Shown here in pieces: positions 62,492 through 64,000 of a stretch of 64,000 bases of DNA. A program made the translations under genes and the position numbers. The DNA lies in the IMG/VR virus record IMGVR_UViG_3300049215_000771, positions 62,001 to 126,000 of that record; one strand, 5' to 3'. Positions within the stretch are counted from its first letter, which is position 1. Each line of letters opens with the position of its first letter. The notes beneath the pieces were generated by a model, which saw nothing but the letters and a program-made list of their open reading frames with translations, had not been told where the DNA came from and made no database searches.

Positions 62492-63606
62492 GTCACGACA
62501 CCATCATCAAGAATTTTGCCGAACAAAAGGTCAACAGCCGCCGCAAGGAAGTTGCCTGGGGCAGCGGCAACGTCTTCTGTGAAGATGGCTTGATCTACAG
62601 CTACGGGACGCATTTCCCGATGGCGAAGTTTCTTGGCCAACAGAAGGGCGAAAACTTCTTCATCAAGAACGGCGACAAGTACAGTTGCAGCACGGCCAGC
62701 CACCAAAGCAGTGTCCAACACGCCTGCAAGGGACCGACTGTTTCCCGTACTGCTATCGCCGCAGCCGGCTTCAGTTTCTTCGATCTGACGCTGGACGACA
62801 TCGTGTGCTACCGCCCGGACTACACGCATCATTGCTACTACGACCGGGACACGAAACGATATTTCGAGGAGCGCCATTACCGCCGTGGTGAAGGCTGGAG
62901 CAGCGACGACGCTCCCCGCACCGACAGTGAAGATGAGTTCTACGTCGGCGCTCTGGAAGGTGAACTGGTTGACGACCCCTGGACGCCGCCGAAGCAGGGC
63001 ATGTTCATCTCACACTACCGCCGTGAGGGGGACGCCAAGGAGCGTATCGTCAGCGGCTACTGGCACATCCTTGGGGCCGTCGTGTTGAGGAAACGACTCT
63101 ATCCGAACGGCAAGCCCCCGGAAGTCGAGCAACACTACCTTTGTTCCCTGGATGAAGGAAGCTACTTCGTTTCGCAACTTCCCATTCAGGTCAAAACTGT
63201 CGAGCAAGCCTTCAGGTGCCTCAAGCCGAAGGCTGTGCTGGCTGCCGAACGGAAGGGGATCGAAGTCAAGCGTCAGGGCGAATGGTTCTTCGTGCCGACT
63301 GGACTGAACAACACTGCAATGGCGAAGCTGGTCGGTTGCACCATCACCCAATTGAAGGCCAAGGCGTCGGAAAGTCCGCTGCCCCGGCCCACCAACCAGA
63401 ACAGCAACCTGCATATGTGTCGTCAGGTCACTGTCGGCGATGCCTTATACGCCAGGGGCAACGTCTACCACCGTTGGGCTTCGCAGATCGGTGGAAAGTT
63501 TCATTCCACCGGCCAGCACAAGACCATTCACTTGGGCGATGAGTGGCATACCGTTCATCGCAATACCGAAGTGGCAGCGTGGAGTCAGGGCGGGAGTTTC
63601 GACTGA
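62488..63606 (+). CDS. hypothetical phage protein
   Basis: IYSYGTHFP and KRQGEWFFVP motifs; 372 aa. Confidence 0.7.
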   Translation: MSHDTIIKNFAEQKVNSRRKEVAWGSGNVFCEDGLIYSYGTHFPMAKFLGQQKGENFFIKNGDKYSCSTASHQSSVQHACKGPTVSRTAIAAAGFSFFDLTLDDIVCYRPDYTHHCYYDRDTKRYFEERHYRRGEGWSSDDAPRTDSEDEFYVGALEGELVDDPWTPPKQGMFISHYRREGDAKERIVSGYWHILGAVVLRKRLYPNGKPPEVEQHYLCSLDEGSYFVSQLPIQVKTVEQAFRCLKPKAVLAAERKGIEVKRQGEWFFVPTGLNNTAMAKLVGCTITQLKAKASESPLPRPTNQNSNLHMCRQVTVGDALYARGNVYHRWASQIGGKFHSTGQHKTIHLGDEWHTVHRNTEVAAWSQGGSFD

Positions 63607-63615
63607 GAGGGAGCG

Positions 63616-64000
63616 ATGAAGAAGGTTCTCGCATTACTGACCATGTTGATCTTGCCCGCCGTCACCTTGGCAGGGCAATTGACGCAGGATCAGGTTGATA
63701 GCCTGAAGGTCTACCAGGCCGGGATCAGGTCCATCAACCAACTTCAAAGTGATGGCCTGCTCAATGAAGAGCAGGCCAATCACTATCGTCAGGAACACCT
63801 GCAACTGGCCGGCGTGATCGCCAAACAGCCTGTGCCTTCGACCGATGTGTTGGATGAACTGATCCACCAGAACGATACCAGTCGGTTTTGGGGATTTTTT
63901 ACCTTCATCAACATCATGAAGGTGTTCGCTGGTATTTTGTTGGCAATTGCCATCACCTGGCTGTTCGTGATCTACATCGGCCCGATCCTGGTGAAGATGC
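63616..64000 (+). CDS. signal-peptide membrane protein, 3'-truncated by window edge
   Basis: GAGGGAG RBS; MKKVLALLTMLILPAVTLA; open to the window end. Confidence 0.65.
   Translation, partial: MKKVLALLTMLILPAVTLAGQLTQDQVDSLKVYQAGIRSINQLQSDGLLNEEQANHYRQEHLQLAGVIAKQPVPSTDVLDELIHQNDTSRFWGFFTFINIMKVFAGILLAIAITWLFVIYIGPILVKM

Noticed and set aside
1-64000. Whole-window stop-codon reassignment (code 4, 15 or 25)
   Set aside because: Recognisable genes are intact in code 11. TGA ends many of them, often in ATGA overlaps, and none needs internal TAG or TGA read-through.
1-64000. CRISPR array, rRNA, IS/transposase or integrase
   Set aside because: No spaced direct repeats, rRNA-like tracts or transposase/integrase motifs were seen by eye.

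Overview
This 64-kb window looks like part of a large lytic phage genome (inference). It has dense, mostly + strand short ORFs, many with no recognisable family, plus T4-like Rnl1, endonuclease VII and HNH genes. Isolated host-like metabolic genes (pyrE, folD, prs, rmlC, GT2s) occur outside their normal operons. About 17 copies of a TTTACA-N16-18-TAnnAT promoter punctuate the window. No polymerase, terminase or major capsid gene, rRNA, CRISPR array or IS element was seen. The sigma factor, CsrA, BON and AlgH genes suggest a Planctomycetota host (inference). Four things stand out. (1) A stop-codon toolkit: an RF1-like release factor whose N-terminal part seems reachable only through a prfB-style CUU-UGA +1 frameshift, two tandem amber (CUA) tRNAs, a tRNA-Sec (UCA), a tRNA(CAU) with a 12-nt anticodon-arm insertion, and SmpB. 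The visible genes nevertheless read in code 11. (2) Four otherwise dissimilar proteins share a C-terminal [YF]RSIDD motif that is conserved in protein but not in DNA. (3) A full WGR-PARP with two ADP-ribosylglycohydrolases, an ADPR-type Nudix and NAD-salvage-like enzymes. (4) An ARC/Mpa-like proteasome ATPase, ClpX and two E2-like paralogs. All family assignments come from motif recognition by eye; no database searches were run.
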